From an uncultured bacterium (GTDB lineage Bacteria; Armatimonadota; UBA5829), in the NCBI GenBank assembly GCA_964523735.1, contig CAZFYZ010000007.1:1-58722 (forward strand): a DNA stretch of 58,722 nucleotides. The letters are read 5' to 3'. Position 1 is the stretch's first letter; every line of letters begins with the position of its first letter. This document shows, one piece after another, positions 17,559 through 27,030 of this stretch. The position numbers and the translations under genes are program-made. The notes beneath the pieces were generated by a model. It ran no database searches and was not told where the DNA came from. It worked only from the letters and a program-made list of their open reading frames with translations.

Positions 17559-20500
17559 TCAGCTCAGTGTTGCGCCAAGAGAGTGGATGCGCGGATAGAC
17601 CAGGTTGTTGCCGGTGAGGATGGCCTTGTAGCGAACGCGGGTGCCCGCGGGATTGGTGAATGTGCGCAGGTAGACGTATTCGGTCCAGGTCTGGTCAACC
17701 TCGCGAGTCGAATCGAGCGCCATCGGCTCCCACGTAGCGCCGCCGTCGTTTGAGGTGAACCACTCCATCGAGCACCCGCTGGGTATGTTCATCTGTGCGT
17801 AAACCTTGGTCGATTCCACCCCTTGCGTAAGCTCATTCTCCCGGCTGATGTACGTGCCGCTGGGGCTATTGAGATAGCCTATGAGGTTCACGTCGAGGTA
17901 ATTCAGAGCCGGAGTGTCGTTTGGCGTGCTGCTTGTGAGCCTCGCCCGGACCGTGATCTGCGCGGCCACATTCGGCAAGCTCTCCTCCTCTTCGGGCACT
18001 ATCGCATCCCACGAACTGCCGCCATCGGTCGAGTAGTCCCAAGTGATGCCCGTGCGCTGCGGAATGGAGGAGTACTCATCCAGGTTGATGTCGGTGAACT
18101 GCACCCCCGTCACAGGCTTGAAGCGCACCTCACCCTCGGCCTCGAAGTCGAAACCGTAGATCCGCATCGCAAGGTCGGAGCCGTTGAGTGGAGTCCAGGT
18201 CTCGGCGTTGGAGCTTTCAAGCAGGGCACCCGCCGCATAGGTCTGCTTGGTAATGACCCCATTCTGCCCCATCTGTCCGAGGGTCGCTACGCGCACGCGA
18301 TAGTTGGTGCTGTCGGTGAGAATGACTACAGCGTAGCTGGTGTTAGCATCAGCGCTCATGGGATTGCTGAACATGACCTTGGTCTCGGCGTTCAGGTTCA
18401 CCTCGGCCGGCGAGACGACCTGCTGGGCGTATATGACGTCGTTGGGCAGTCCCGTGGTGACTCCGCGAATCTGCACGGTCACGGGAGTGGACGCGTCCTT
18501 CTTCGTGAAGTAGATGCCAACTGCGGAGATGACCCTGTTCTCGGTGAAGCTGAACGTCTGCGCGAGCGGGTCCCACCTGTTCCAGCCCCACCACCATCGC
18601 CACACCGTACGAATCACAGGGACGCGGATGATCCGCTCCTGGATGATGGTCTGCTGTTGGATAATAGTATTGGTGACCTCGACACGTTCGACCCGAGTCA
18701 CGACCAGCGGGTCGTTTATCTGCAGACTGGCCTGAGCGGAATACGTGCCGTCAGTGACTTCGACGATCCGGCTGCCGTTGCTGGCGCTCTCCGGGATGAC
18801 AAATGATGATGTCACCCGCCCAGCAGCATCGGAATGAACGTCTGTCGCGACCACCTGGCCGTCGCAACGGATGGTAATATGCTCCGCGCTGGGAGTGAAG
18901 TTCGATCCAGTGACTGCGATCCCAGTCTGTCCCCTGCGGCCAATGTTCGGGGTCACCTCGACCGTCGCCGGAGGCTTTTCGAACACGGCGTAGGGATTGA
19001 TGTTCTTCTCCTCAGACCAGTCGAGCTGCTGTGCGAGCACCTTTTCAGTGCCAGGCAGGAGAACGAGGCTGCCCGCAAAAAGTGCGCTGCTCGCGGCGGG
19101 ATTGACCTGCAGAACACGTGAAGTCGCGGCACGGGCAGGTGCTACGAACTTGCGAATACCATCAACGCGCGCGCTCCATTCGGAGTGGAATGTGTCCGAT
19201 TGAGCTTCGTTGGAGAAGTCATCTGAGTAGATGCCTTTCTTGGTTTGCGCGTCCCTGTTCTGCAGTTCGTTGTTCATCTGATACTGCGCGTCGTTGTATT
19301 TCAGGTCCTCCACGTCTTGGATCATCTGGTGGATCTGGGACATGGTGATCCGTGTGAGACCGAAGTTCCGGATCGTCATCGCGACCGAATCGGCCGGGCA
19401 GTCGACGCTGCACAGAGCCAGGCTTCCCTCCGGCACTATCGGGAGCTTTGGAAAGTCCGAGGGCGCGCCCTCGATACGTTTGAGTTCTCGAGCTGTCGCA
19501 TAGATGATGTCCTTCCTACCGAGGTAATAGTCGTAGTCGATGCTGCAGTTCGAGCCGTTCACGGGATCACTGCCGACTCCGTTTCTGCCGAAGTTGATGA
19601 CACTTGTGTTCCCCGGGGCCATCTCGGGCGAAGGCTGGGAGAGTCCACTGGAGTTAGACGCTGGCGGCGTGCTGGTCGTGGCCTCATCCACGGCGTCGTC
19701 GATGTATGATGTGACTCCCGAGCCTACTTCCTTAAGCCTCTCAAAGCTCGTCCTGCCCGTATTGGGCGACGCCCGGTATATGCGATAGCCTGTAGCGCCG
19801 CTTATCGGCTTCCATGTAATAAGGTTAGCCTCTCCAGCGGCCGTCTGGCGTGAGACGACCCGACCGCTGATGTATTCGGTCTCGCCAGACGCCGAGAGCG
19901 CCGTGACCACATAGAAGTACTCGGCTGCGGCGGGATAGCCGGAGCGTCCGAACCACCCGCCATCGACATAGTCCGTACCCTCGATCATCTGCTTCACATA
20001 AGTCCAGCGGACGGTGTAGGTCGTCCCTATCGCGGGCTCACTGCCACTGCCCAGCCAGTCGACATAGTTGCCGCTCTGCTGCCAATCAGTACCTTCGGCG
20101 AAAACCGTCGCGCCCTGGCTCACCTCGATAATGTCCACGACAGGATTCGGCACGAGCAAGTCCTCGCCGCCACCGACCGATCCACGCGTGATGTTCGAGA
20201 CTATCTCCACTATCGCCTCGACCTGGGTGGTCTCTTTGAGAGGTGTACAGTTCAGGGCGTAGCTGCGCTGGCCGGTGACGAACGTCTTCTGTTCTCCCCG
20301 AACACTCTTGGTCGCGACCGACTTGGGAACCACGGTTGTCGTCGGCAGGTCCTTCTGGAGACGATATCCCTGTATGTATGCGCGGCCTGCGTTGGTGATG
20401 ACCCGCACGCTTGCGCCGTCGTTTGAGCCGATGAAGCTGTCGAATCCCTTGACGAGATAGCTGCCCGCCTGGTCGTAAGTCCTTTCCGCCAGGTTATTGA

Positions 20501-21143
20501 GGAGGGAGTTCAGACCCTCGGCAGCGGCAAAGGAAAGCTGGTCCTCGGTAATAGACGCGACCGTTATGCGGCTGCCAGGTAGAGTGCCCAGGAAGTCACT
20601 GAGGTAGATGCTGGACTTCTCCTGCACCGTCGCCGTAACATCACCACTATCGCGGTCGAACTTGTATATGGGAACCACTTTACGCTGCGTGACATTACTT
20701 GGCAGGCTCTCGCCGCTCGTGTCGTGATCCCTGAGAGAGAGGACCCATTTCTCTCGCTCCGCTGTCTGCTCGCCTGTCGCAGGGTTGATAAGCCCAGCAT
20801 CCTGGTTGTAACCATAGTTAGACTTCAAAAGCTCGACGTACACATAGTCGACGCCCGAAGTCTTTGCCGGATCATAGGTAAGGACCGCGCCCGGTACGCT
20901 CTCGATATGCCCGTCGATGTAGGTGACACCGGCTGACACCGTGACCACGTTACCCGCGACCGTCACTACAAGCCCGGAGATTATCGCTCCCTCCTTGAAG
21001 AGCAGGTCGGCGACTTTCTTGTGCTCATTGATGACGATGTCCTGGGCTTCGTTTAGCTCCGAGTCCAGCAGGTCTCTGTCCTGATGGTATCTCACCCGCT
21101 TATAGTTCTTGGTCGGGTCGAATGTGTTTCTGGAGATGGTCAA
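17559..21143 (-). CDS. large tail fibre / host-recognition protein (DUF4815-like N-terminus, FN3-like and IPT/TIG-like modules)
   Basis: 1194-aa ORF. The N-terminus FDPTKNYKRVRYHQDRDLLDSELNEAQDI resembles DUF4815 phage proteins (recollection). ITWKPISGATGYRIYRAS is FN3-like. VEVTPNIGRRGQTGIAVTGSNF is IPT/TIG-like. It sits at the distal end of the tail module. Confidence 0.75.
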   Translation of the reverse strand: MTISRNTFDPTKNYKRVRYHQDRDLLDSELNEAQDIVINEHKKVADLLFKEGAIISGLVVTVAGNVVTVSAGVTYIDGHIESVPGAVLTYDPAKTSGVDYVYVELLKSNYGYNQDAGLINPATGEQTAEREKWVLSLRDHDTSGESLPSNVTQRKVVPIYKFDRDSGDVTATVQEKSSIYLSDFLGTLPGSRITVASITEDQLSFAAAEGLNSLLNNLAERTYDQAGSYLVKGFDSFIGSNDGASVRVITNAGRAYIQGYRLQKDLPTTTVVPKSVATKSVRGEQKTFVTGQRSYALNCTPLKETTQVEAIVEIVSNITRGSVGGGEDLLVPNPVVDIIEVSQGATVFAEGTDWQQSGNYVDWLGSGSEPAIGTTYTVRWTYVKQMIEGTDYVDGGWFGRSGYPAAAEYFYVVTALSASGETEYISGRVVSRQTAAGEANLITWKPISGATGYRIYRASPNTGRTSFERLKEVGSGVTSYIDDAVDEATTSTPPASNSSGLSQPSPEMAPGNTSVINFGRNGVGSDPVNGSNCSIDYDYYLGRKDIIYATARELKRIEGAPSDFPKLPIVPEGSLALCSVDCPADSVAMTIRNFGLTRITMSQIHQMIQDVEDLKYNDAQYQMNNELQNRDAQTKKGIYSDDFSNEAQSDTFHSEWSARVDGIRKFVAPARAATSRVLQVNPAASSALFAGSLVLLPGTEKVLAQQLDWSEEKNINPYAVFEKPPATVEVTPNIGRRGQTGIAVTGSNFTPSAEHITIRCDGQVVATDVHSDAAGRVTSSFVIPESASNGSRIVEVTDGTYSAQASLQINDPLVVTRVERVEVTNTIIQQQTIIQERIIRVPVIRTVWRWWWGWNRWDPLAQTFSFTENRVISAVGIYFTKKDASTPVTVQIRGVTTGLPNDVIYAQQVVSPAEVNLNAETKVMFSNPMSADANTSYAVVILTDSTNYRVRVATLGQMGQNGVITKQTYAAGALLESSNAETWTPLNGSDLAMRIYGFDFEAEGEVRFKPVTGVQFTDINLDEYSSIPQRTGITWDYSTDGGSSWDAIVPEEEESLPNVAAQITVRARLTSSTPNDTPALNYLDVNLIGYLNSPSGTYISRENELTQGVESTKVYAQMNIPSGCSMEWFTSNDGGATWEPMALDSTREVDQTWTEYVYLRTFTNPAGTRVRYKAILTGNNLVYPRIHSLGATLS

Positions 21144-21153
21144 TTCGCTCCTC

Positions 21154-21687
21154 CTATATCTTTATGACCCCGACAAGCTCAACGCGGGTGTCGGAGGTTT
21201 TCACAAAGTCTGGGATGTTCTTTACCTCGTAGAGGTAGCCAGGGTTCTGCACCTGGCCTGTTGGATTGGTTGCGGCGCTGTAGATGCCACCCTCGGCATA
21301 GTCGGAGGCGACACTGTCCACATAGGCGACGTTTCCGCCGAAAAAGCCATACTCACGGATGGTGATTCCGTTTGCCTCAGATTCATCGAATCTAAAGAAG
21401 ACGCCGATGACGCGGCTCTCGTTGATTGTCTCCGAGTAGCGGATGCCGTTCACCTCAAGCGCGCCCTCGGGGTCCTCCACCAGAAAGGTCATCTTGTAGC
21501 AGCACTTACGAGCCCGCTCATGCAGTAGCTGCGTCTGCTCGAATGCGGGATCCGGCGGGTTGAGCGGATCTGTGAACGTCGAATCTCCGTCGCCTATGGC
21601 GCAGTGCGTGATTCCCTCTATTGGATCACCTTTGAGAAGCCGCGCGGTCAGCACTCGACCTGCGGCGGTTATGAGTCCAAGTGACAT
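21154..21687 (-). CDS. tail-collar / fibre-associated structural protein
   Basis: LITAAGRVLTARLLKGDPIEGITHCAIGDGD and later GFFGGN resemble phage tail-collar fibre N-terminal domains. Start at Met27 with an AAGGAG RBS. Confidence 0.55.
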   Translation of the reverse strand: MSLGLITAAGRVLTARLLKGDPIEGITHCAIGDGDSTFTDPLNPPDPAFEQTQLLHERARKCCYKMTFLVEDPEGALEVNGIRYSETINESRVIGVFFRFDESEANGITIREYGFFGGNVAYVDSVASDYAEGGIYSAATNPTGQVQNPGYLYEVKNIPDFVKTSDTRVELVGVIKI

Positions 21688-21691
21688 TATG

Positions 21692-22414
21692 TCATTCTCC
21701 TTGAGTAGATATCTCGTGGCTTTCTCGAATGAGCAGACCGTAGATGACCAGTTGAGCGTCCACATCCGGCGCTACCCGCCGAAGCACGACCAGTTCACCA
21801 TCAGCTTCAAAGCCAATGTGCCGAATGATGGTGAGGAGGCTGTCCATTGAAAGCAGCCCATCATCTATTCCAGCGGACATATCAGCAAGCAAACTGTAGG
21901 GCCCGCTCACTCGCAGGCGTGAGTCAGCGCTGTGGCTGGTCCCGCCGAAGATCACGGCTCTTGTATCACCAAGCCTGGCGATAGCTCCCGTTATAGAAAG
22001 GAACAGGTCGGCGTCACGGGCAACTGCCTGAGATACCCTGAGCCGCGAATCGGCCCGCAGAAGCTGAGGATCGACTATTGCCAGCAGCACATCAGCGTCG
22101 AGGCCTGTGTCTCCATAGGCTCCTATTCGAGTATCCGCTTCGAGCCCAATGAGACGCGCCACGTTCACGCGGACATCGGATGCCTGCTCCAGTAGAGCGG
22201 TAATAGACCACTTACTATCGGCCTGACGACTCATTGCGCCAGACACCCTGAGCCTGCCATCGGCAGCAAGACTGATGTTCCGGCTTACCGGTCCATCCGA
22301 GCCAAGGAACTCGTAGAAAATGCCAGCGTTCTTCGGCCCGAGAAAGTGAGTGGTTGGTAAGACCCGACCGGTTTTGCTGGCAATGCTAGCTTGCCTTCCG
22401 CTACGGACGGTCAC
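21692..22414 (-). CDS. hypothetical structural protein with internal AD-x-RLRVS repeats
   Basis: 240-aa ORF. Recurring ADGRLRVSG, ADSRLRVSQ, ADSRLRVSG, EADTRIG and GDTRAVI units. GTG start is uncertain. Confidence 0.5.
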   Translation of the reverse strand: MTVRSGRQASIASKTGRVLPTTHFLGPKNAGIFYEFLGSDGPVSRNISLAADGRLRVSGAMSRQADSKWSITALLEQASDVRVNVARLIGLEADTRIGAYGDTGLDADVLLAIVDPQLLRADSRLRVSQAVARDADLFLSITGAIARLGDTRAVIFGGTSHSADSRLRVSGPYSLLADMSAGIDDGLLSMDSLLTIIRHIGFEADGELVVLRRVAPDVDAQLVIYGLLIRESHEISTQGE

Positions 22415-22532
22415 GTTTGACCTTGCCCTTTATGATGACAGCCTTGCCTACCGTGACGAAGAACTTGTTCGTCGGGATCAGGCAACCCTTTCGCACACCA
22501 AAAGTCTTGCTCTTTCCTGCCCTTACAGCCAT
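22401..22532 (-). CDS. possible 43-aa basic protein
   Basis: Manual translation gives MAVRAGKSKTFGVRKGCLIPTNKFFVTVGKAVIIKGKVKRDRP. AAGGAG lies 6 nt upstream of the ATG. It fills the gap between two structural genes. Below the ORF-track size cut-off. Confidence 0.4.
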   Translation of the reverse strand: MAVRAGKSKTFGVRKGCLIPTNKFFVTVGKAVIIKGKVKRDRP

Positions 22533-22535
22533 CGA

Positions 22536-23528
22536 TTACTCCTTGACCGCACAGAACCCGGCGCTGGCAAGGTTGAACATCTTATAGGTGCCCGACCCTG
22601 TGTCGATTACATCCTCAGAGTCGCCCGCGCTTGCTCCCATAGCGTAGACCTCTATAAGTTCGCCACGAGGTTCCTCGTTGCCCGTGCCTGACATGACCAC
22701 AAACCAAGGGAACATCGTAACGAGACCGTAGCGGGCGTCCGGATCAGCGCTGTTGAGAATGGTGCTAATCGGCGCATAGCAACTGCCACTCTGACCACTA
22801 TAGCTAACCCAGCCGTCCCACTTGCTGGTTGCCTGAAATGTCCCCGGCATCTGTGTCTTGCCAACTATTAGTGGCTGCGGGTCTTCTCCTATCTTCGCCC
22901 CTGCGGCATAGCTGTTCGATAGGGAAGATATGGTTATGGTGTTGGGACTTGACGCGGTGTCGACTGCTGCTACAAGCGCTCTTTCGATGCTGGCGTTGTC
23001 CTTTATGATGTAGGATTTGCCTGCCGCAAAGATAGAAGCATCATCTACAGGCACGACCACGTCGCTTCCTGCTGTAATGTCGGCCCCGACGATAGCGACC
23101 CTATCGGACCAAAACCGCCTGACGATGCCGCTGTAGTGGCCGTAGTAAGTTGAGACGAACTTGGTCACGATGAAGACGTGGTCGAGATCCGCGTAGATCC
23201 AGTATAGGAACTGCGCGGTGTCCTTGGTGTAGAACGCTGTGCCGGTGGTGCCTGTTGCGAACGCATCTTTCACTGGCGCATGGGTTGTGTTGTTCCAATA
23301 CTGCGTAGCGCGGACCGCTATGATGTTGGTGTTCGAATCATTTAGATACTGCAGATAGATGTCTTCTGTGCCGGATTCCCCGCTGGAGTAGACGACGAAA
23401 TATGGCTGCGCGAGTCCCATCTGGTCATCGTGCAGTGTCCATCCGCAGGTTGTGACCAGAAATTCTTTGAGTTTGGCGTGCATGTCTGCCGTGTTCTCGG
23501 CCATTCCTGATGTCGAATGATATGCCAT
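22536..23528 (-). CDS. hypothetical tail/baseplate-distal structural protein
   Basis: 330-aa ORF in an unbroken series with the baseplate and fibre genes. No motif recognised. Confidence 0.55.
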   Translation of the reverse strand: MAYHSTSGMAENTADMHAKLKEFLVTTCGWTLHDDQMGLAQPYFVVYSSGESGTEDIYLQYLNDSNTNIIAVRATQYWNNTTHAPVKDAFATGTTGTAFYTKDTAQFLYWIYADLDHVFIVTKFVSTYYGHYSGIVRRFWSDRVAIVGADITAGSDVVVPVDDASIFAAGKSYIIKDNASIERALVAAVDTASSPNTITISSLSNSYAAGAKIGEDPQPLIVGKTQMPGTFQATSKWDGWVSYSGQSGSCYAPISTILNSADPDARYGLVTMFPWFVVMSGTGNEEPRGELIEVYAMGASAGDSEDVIDTGSGTYKMFNLASAGFCAVKE

Positions 23529-23538
23529 ATTTGCCTCC

Positions 23539-24129
23539 CTAGACTGGTGTCTCTGTTCCGGTCAGCCGGAGCTTGATGTCGAGTTTGTTCTGGACGGGCG
23601 TCCCTGCCGGGACTGTGAATCTTCGCCAGAATGATATGGCCGCGCCGTATGCCTTGTCACCAAGAGTAAGCTCGGTGCCCGCCACGGCTGTCTCAAGCTC
23701 TGCCTGAGTGAGTGCGAGAGCACACCAACCTGATTCGTCGGAGCCGCTCGTGTCGATGGGTTTGACCTTCAGGTTGGTATAGTTGAATGCGGAGTATACC
23801 GCGATTCCGCTTGCATGGGCTGCTGCCGCAGTGCCGTTGTAACCACGCTGGACTGTCAGACTCGTTGTTCCGCCACCCGCAGTCACCAGCATTTGCTCAT
23901 CTTCGGCAACGATGACTTCACCATTGACAAAGCGTGGCTGGGCAAGCGGCAGATTTGTCTGGGAGTTCGTGACAGCGCCTGAAAGCGCAGTTTGCTCGTT
24001 GGCGATGAAGATCTCCCTGTCTCTCGACTCCCCGTCCGTTCCGTTGTACGTGTCTGAGTCGGGGTTGGTCATATCGCCTTCGGATATCTGCTGTGTGAGC
24101 AGCCCGTCTTTATAGAGATGCAGTGCCAA
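23539..24129 (-). CDS. hypothetical tail structural protein
   Basis: 196-aa ORF immediately after the gpI-like gene (stop and start adjacent). Position only. Confidence 0.55.
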   Translation of the reverse strand: MALHLYKDGLLTQQISEGDMTNPDSDTYNGTDGESRDREIFIANEQTALSGAVTNSQTNLPLAQPRFVNGEVIVAEDEQMLVTAGGGTTSLTVQRGYNGTAAAAHASGIAVYSAFNYTNLKVKPIDTSGSDESGWCALALTQAELETAVAGTELTLGDKAYGAAISFWRRFTVPAGTPVQNKLDIKLRLTGTETPV

Positions 24130-25191
24130 TTATGCCTCCTGTGAACCTGGCCATCGAGTGACCACGTAAAGATTCGTTGCCGCCTCAAGCACCGGCTCGG
24201 CGAGCGTATAATAGTCTTTGCGCTTGAATCTGACCTGGCACAGCCTCCGGCCAAGGGCAAGCTTCGAACGGTTCAGATGTTGCCTGGTGAGCCGAACATA
24301 CGGTGGTGCAATGAGTTCGGATGGATCGACCGCCACTGGGCACGTCATAGAGAGCCGCCGCTCATCTATCTCCACACCCAGCAATCTGGCGGTATTAAGC
24401 GAAATGCTGTTCAGCTTGCCCCGGGTAGTGCGGCCATGCCAGCGATTGATGAGCATGCCGGCGCTGACGAAATCCTGCCTGACCGTAACCTGCTCGGTGA
24501 TGCGCCAGTAAGACCAGCTGCTTCGTCGCAGGTTCAAAGGGCGTTTTGAGTTCAGATGGTCGTGCCCAACGACAAATGCCTCACGCGGGCGTACGTCACT
24601 CGGGAGCGTTACTATCCTGCCTATGGACCCGAAGCCATCGGTGGGCATCGACTCATCGGAACGCATCCACTGAATGTAGAACACCTTCGTTCCTGCCGGG
24701 GAGTGTTCACGAAGCGCGTCGCGCAGGCCACTTGTTATGTTCTCGCAGATGATTCGATAGACGCCGAGGCTGTAAATGCGCCCTGGTAGCTTGGATGCAT
24801 TCGTACAAGAGCGCTTGTTGAGCCGCAGCGCTGAGCGAAAGGTCTCGTCAATCTCCCCTTCCCAGCCGACATTGATAAGCGAATGACCAATGGCTGGAAT
24901 GCTCCCCTTGCGCCGATACTGCTCGACGATCTCAGCAATCTCCCGGCGCTGCGTATCCGGATCGCGCGTTGGGTCAAAGCTGTAGCCGACTATAGCCGAA
25001 ACGAGCGGCAGGAACCGGGGATCACAAGTGTCCACATTCCAGATGTCCGGGAGCCGGTCGATGAGGCTCTTGATCTCATCGAGCGTTTCGGCAGGAATGG
25101 TCAGAAACGCACGCAGATCACCGGCGGTATCGCGCTCACGATAGATCGGCGGCAGCAGGTCTGGAAGCTTATCCGCGAAGTAGCCGCTCAT
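24130..25191 (-). CDS. baseplate protein, phage tail protein I-like (TIGR02242-type)
   Basis: The N-terminus LPDLLPPIYRERDTAGDLRAFL...LPDIWNVDTCDPRFLPLVSAIVGY is the typical gpI / tail-protein-domain signature. It follows the J-like gene with a 4-nt overlap. Confidence 0.7.
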   Translation of the reverse strand: MSGYFADKLPDLLPPIYRERDTAGDLRAFLTIPAETLDEIKSLIDRLPDIWNVDTCDPRFLPLVSAIVGYSFDPTRDPDTQRREIAEIVEQYRRKGSIPAIGHSLINVGWEGEIDETFRSALRLNKRSCTNASKLPGRIYSLGVYRIICENITSGLRDALREHSPAGTKVFYIQWMRSDESMPTDGFGSIGRIVTLPSDVRPREAFVVGHDHLNSKRPLNLRRSSWSYWRITEQVTVRQDFVSAGMLINRWHGRTTRGKLNSISLNTARLLGVEIDERRLSMTCPVAVDPSELIAPPYVRLTRQHLNRSKLALGRRLCQVRFKRKDYYTLAEPVLEAATNLYVVTRWPGSQEA

Positions 25192-26627
25192 AGCGTCGCG
25201 GTCCTCATATCCAGATGGACCTCACCGAGTGTTGCTATCTGGCCCGGGCGTATGTCGATGTTGGCTTGCGGAGAGTAGAGTGTAATGTGACTCACCCCGC
25301 GCACGCCGTCGATGAGCGAGACCATATCGGAGAAGTAGACAGACTGGCCGAAAGTCAGCTTCTCGAATGAGAAGAACTCACGAAGCGCAGATTCGATCCG
25401 CATGCGTACGGCCTGAGCGTCTTCGGTAGGATAGACATAGACTTCGGCGTCGATATTCACAGGCCGGTAGTTCGGGTCGAACAGGTTTACCTCGACTGTG
25501 ATAACCTTGCGGCTCTCAATGAACTCGGCGAGCTCGCGTTTCAGAATTGGAGAAGGCAGTCCACCTCCATCCGGCGCTACAGCCATGTTCACCTGGTAAT
25601 ACCGGATGTTGGCGCAATCATTGGCGTCCAATACCTGAGCCTTAGCTACACCCGGGAAGCCCTCGGCGAGCGCCTTGTAGTCATCCTTGGTAACGGCTTT
25701 CCAGAGTGAGCGCAGTTCAGCCGGAGCCTGCAGCTTCGCGTGTTCCAGGGTCTCGCGGTCGGAGCCACCTGTGGAGGCTACTGGGTTGGTGACAGTGAGA
25801 TCGATTTGTGTTCCGTCGTGGTAGACCGGGCTGACGACATCCGTCACCAGGTCACGCCCTATGTTCCCTTCCGATCCCAGTGTTTCCAGATACTCGACGG
25901 TGACTGCTTCACCTGCAGGCGGAACAGCGCCGTGGATTGCATCGCCGAAGATGATCCACGTAACATCCAGCCCGTCAGTATCCACCTGAAAGTGCTTCGA
26001 ATCCGGTGCGCTGTCGATGAAGAAGTGCGTCTCCTCCCAGTTGTTCTCCCCGACCTTCACCCGCACGCTCCCCTGGGCGATGCTGGTGGAGGCAAGCGCA
26101 AATCGCTGACTTCGGCCAGCCGTTGATATGAAGTCCTCACTCTTGCGCGTTCCCTGCCGCGCGCCGACGTCTACCGAGAGCTGTCCGCGTGGAATCACCG
26201 CATCCTCGGTAGTCTCAAAGTCCACATCACCGTCGTCGAGCTTTGCCTTACAGACGGTCCTTGCTGGAACGGTGATATCTTCGGCAATTGCAGACGGCAG
26301 AGCAAAACGCAGAGTCGTGGTCGCGGCAATCGGGGTGTCCAGCCTGTAGCCAATGAGTTTGCAGAGGTTGATGACATTCTGGCGCTGCCGGGCAGTTGGC
26401 AGAAATGCCTCGGCGGCCTGCGCATCCAAGTAGTACGCGAGCATATCGCCGACACCGCAAAAGAGCTCAAGGAGCACCACGCCCAGGTCGGACTCGTTGA
26501 AGTCAGTCCAGCGGTCGGTAAGCTGGGGAATGCGCGAAAGCAGTTCCTGGCGCAGGGATTCATAATCCTTATTACTATATGAGATGCTCGCTCTACCCAC
26601 GAATCGGTCCTCCATCCTGGATTGCAT
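25188..26627 (-). CDS. baseplate J-like protein (gpJ / gp6 family)
   Basis: NKDYESLRQELLSRIPQLTDRWTDFNESDLGVVLLELFCGVGDMLAYYLD is the canonical Baseplate_J N-terminal pattern. It lies downstream of the gp25-like gene. Confidence 0.85.
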   Translation of the reverse strand: MQSRMEDRFVGRASISYSNKDYESLRQELLSRIPQLTDRWTDFNESDLGVVLLELFCGVGDMLAYYLDAQAAEAFLPTARQRQNVINLCKLIGYRLDTPIAATTTLRFALPSAIAEDITVPARTVCKAKLDDGDVDFETTEDAVIPRGQLSVDVGARQGTRKSEDFISTAGRSQRFALASTSIAQGSVRVKVGENNWEETHFFIDSAPDSKHFQVDTDGLDVTWIIFGDAIHGAVPPAGEAVTVEYLETLGSEGNIGRDLVTDVVSPVYHDGTQIDLTVTNPVASTGGSDRETLEHAKLQAPAELRSLWKAVTKDDYKALAEGFPGVAKAQVLDANDCANIRYYQVNMAVAPDGGGLPSPILKRELAEFIESRKVITVEVNLFDPNYRPVNIDAEVYVYPTEDAQAVRMRIESALREFFSFEKLTFGQSVYFSDMVSLIDGVRGVSHITLYSPQANIDIRPGQIATLGEVHLDMRTATL

Positions 26628-27030
26628 CGCGGCAGAACGGCCACACCAGATTGCCTGCCACCTGCGTGTCTATCACCCGGTAGGAAATACGTACATCTAA
26701 TGTATAGGCGTCGGTTGCCTCCGGCGAGTCATCGAATGTGACATCGGTCACAAGAATTCGCTTCTCCCATCGCTCGATTGCGTCGATCACATAGTGCCGG
26801 ATCAGACCCCTTAAGACGGGATCGTTTGGTTCAAAGACAAGGTCTTTCAAGCAGGAGCCAAACTCCGGGTTCAGAAACCGCTCGCCCGGGCGCGTGCCCA
26901 GTATCTGCAGAATGCTCTCGTGAATGTGGGCGTGATCCATCGATGTGACTGTCGAGACCTGCGCGCCGCCGGAGCGTTTGGCGAATGCAAAAGGGAACCG
27001 TAGTCCCTTGCCGAGGAAGTCCATGCTCAT
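26593..27030 (-). CDS. baseplate wedge protein gpW / gp25-like
   Basis: FLGKGLRFPF, SILQILGTRPGERFLNPEFGSCLKDLVFEPND and IERWEKRI match the GPW_gp25 pattern. Confidence 0.85.
   Translation of the reverse strand: MSMDFLGKGLRFPFAFAKRSGGAQVSTVTSMDHAHIHESILQILGTRPGERFLNPEFGSCLKDLVFEPNDPVLRGLIRHYVIDAIERWEKRILVTDVTFDDSPEATDAYTLDVRISYRVIDTQVAGNLVWPFCRDAIQDGGPIRG

Noticed and set aside
17559-24129. Looked for a diversity-generating retroelement (reverse transcriptase, template/variable repeat pair) associated with the fibre genes.
   Set aside because: No reverse-transcriptase-like ORF was found in the window. I could not see a duplicated ~100-150-nt segment near the 3' ends of the fibre genes.
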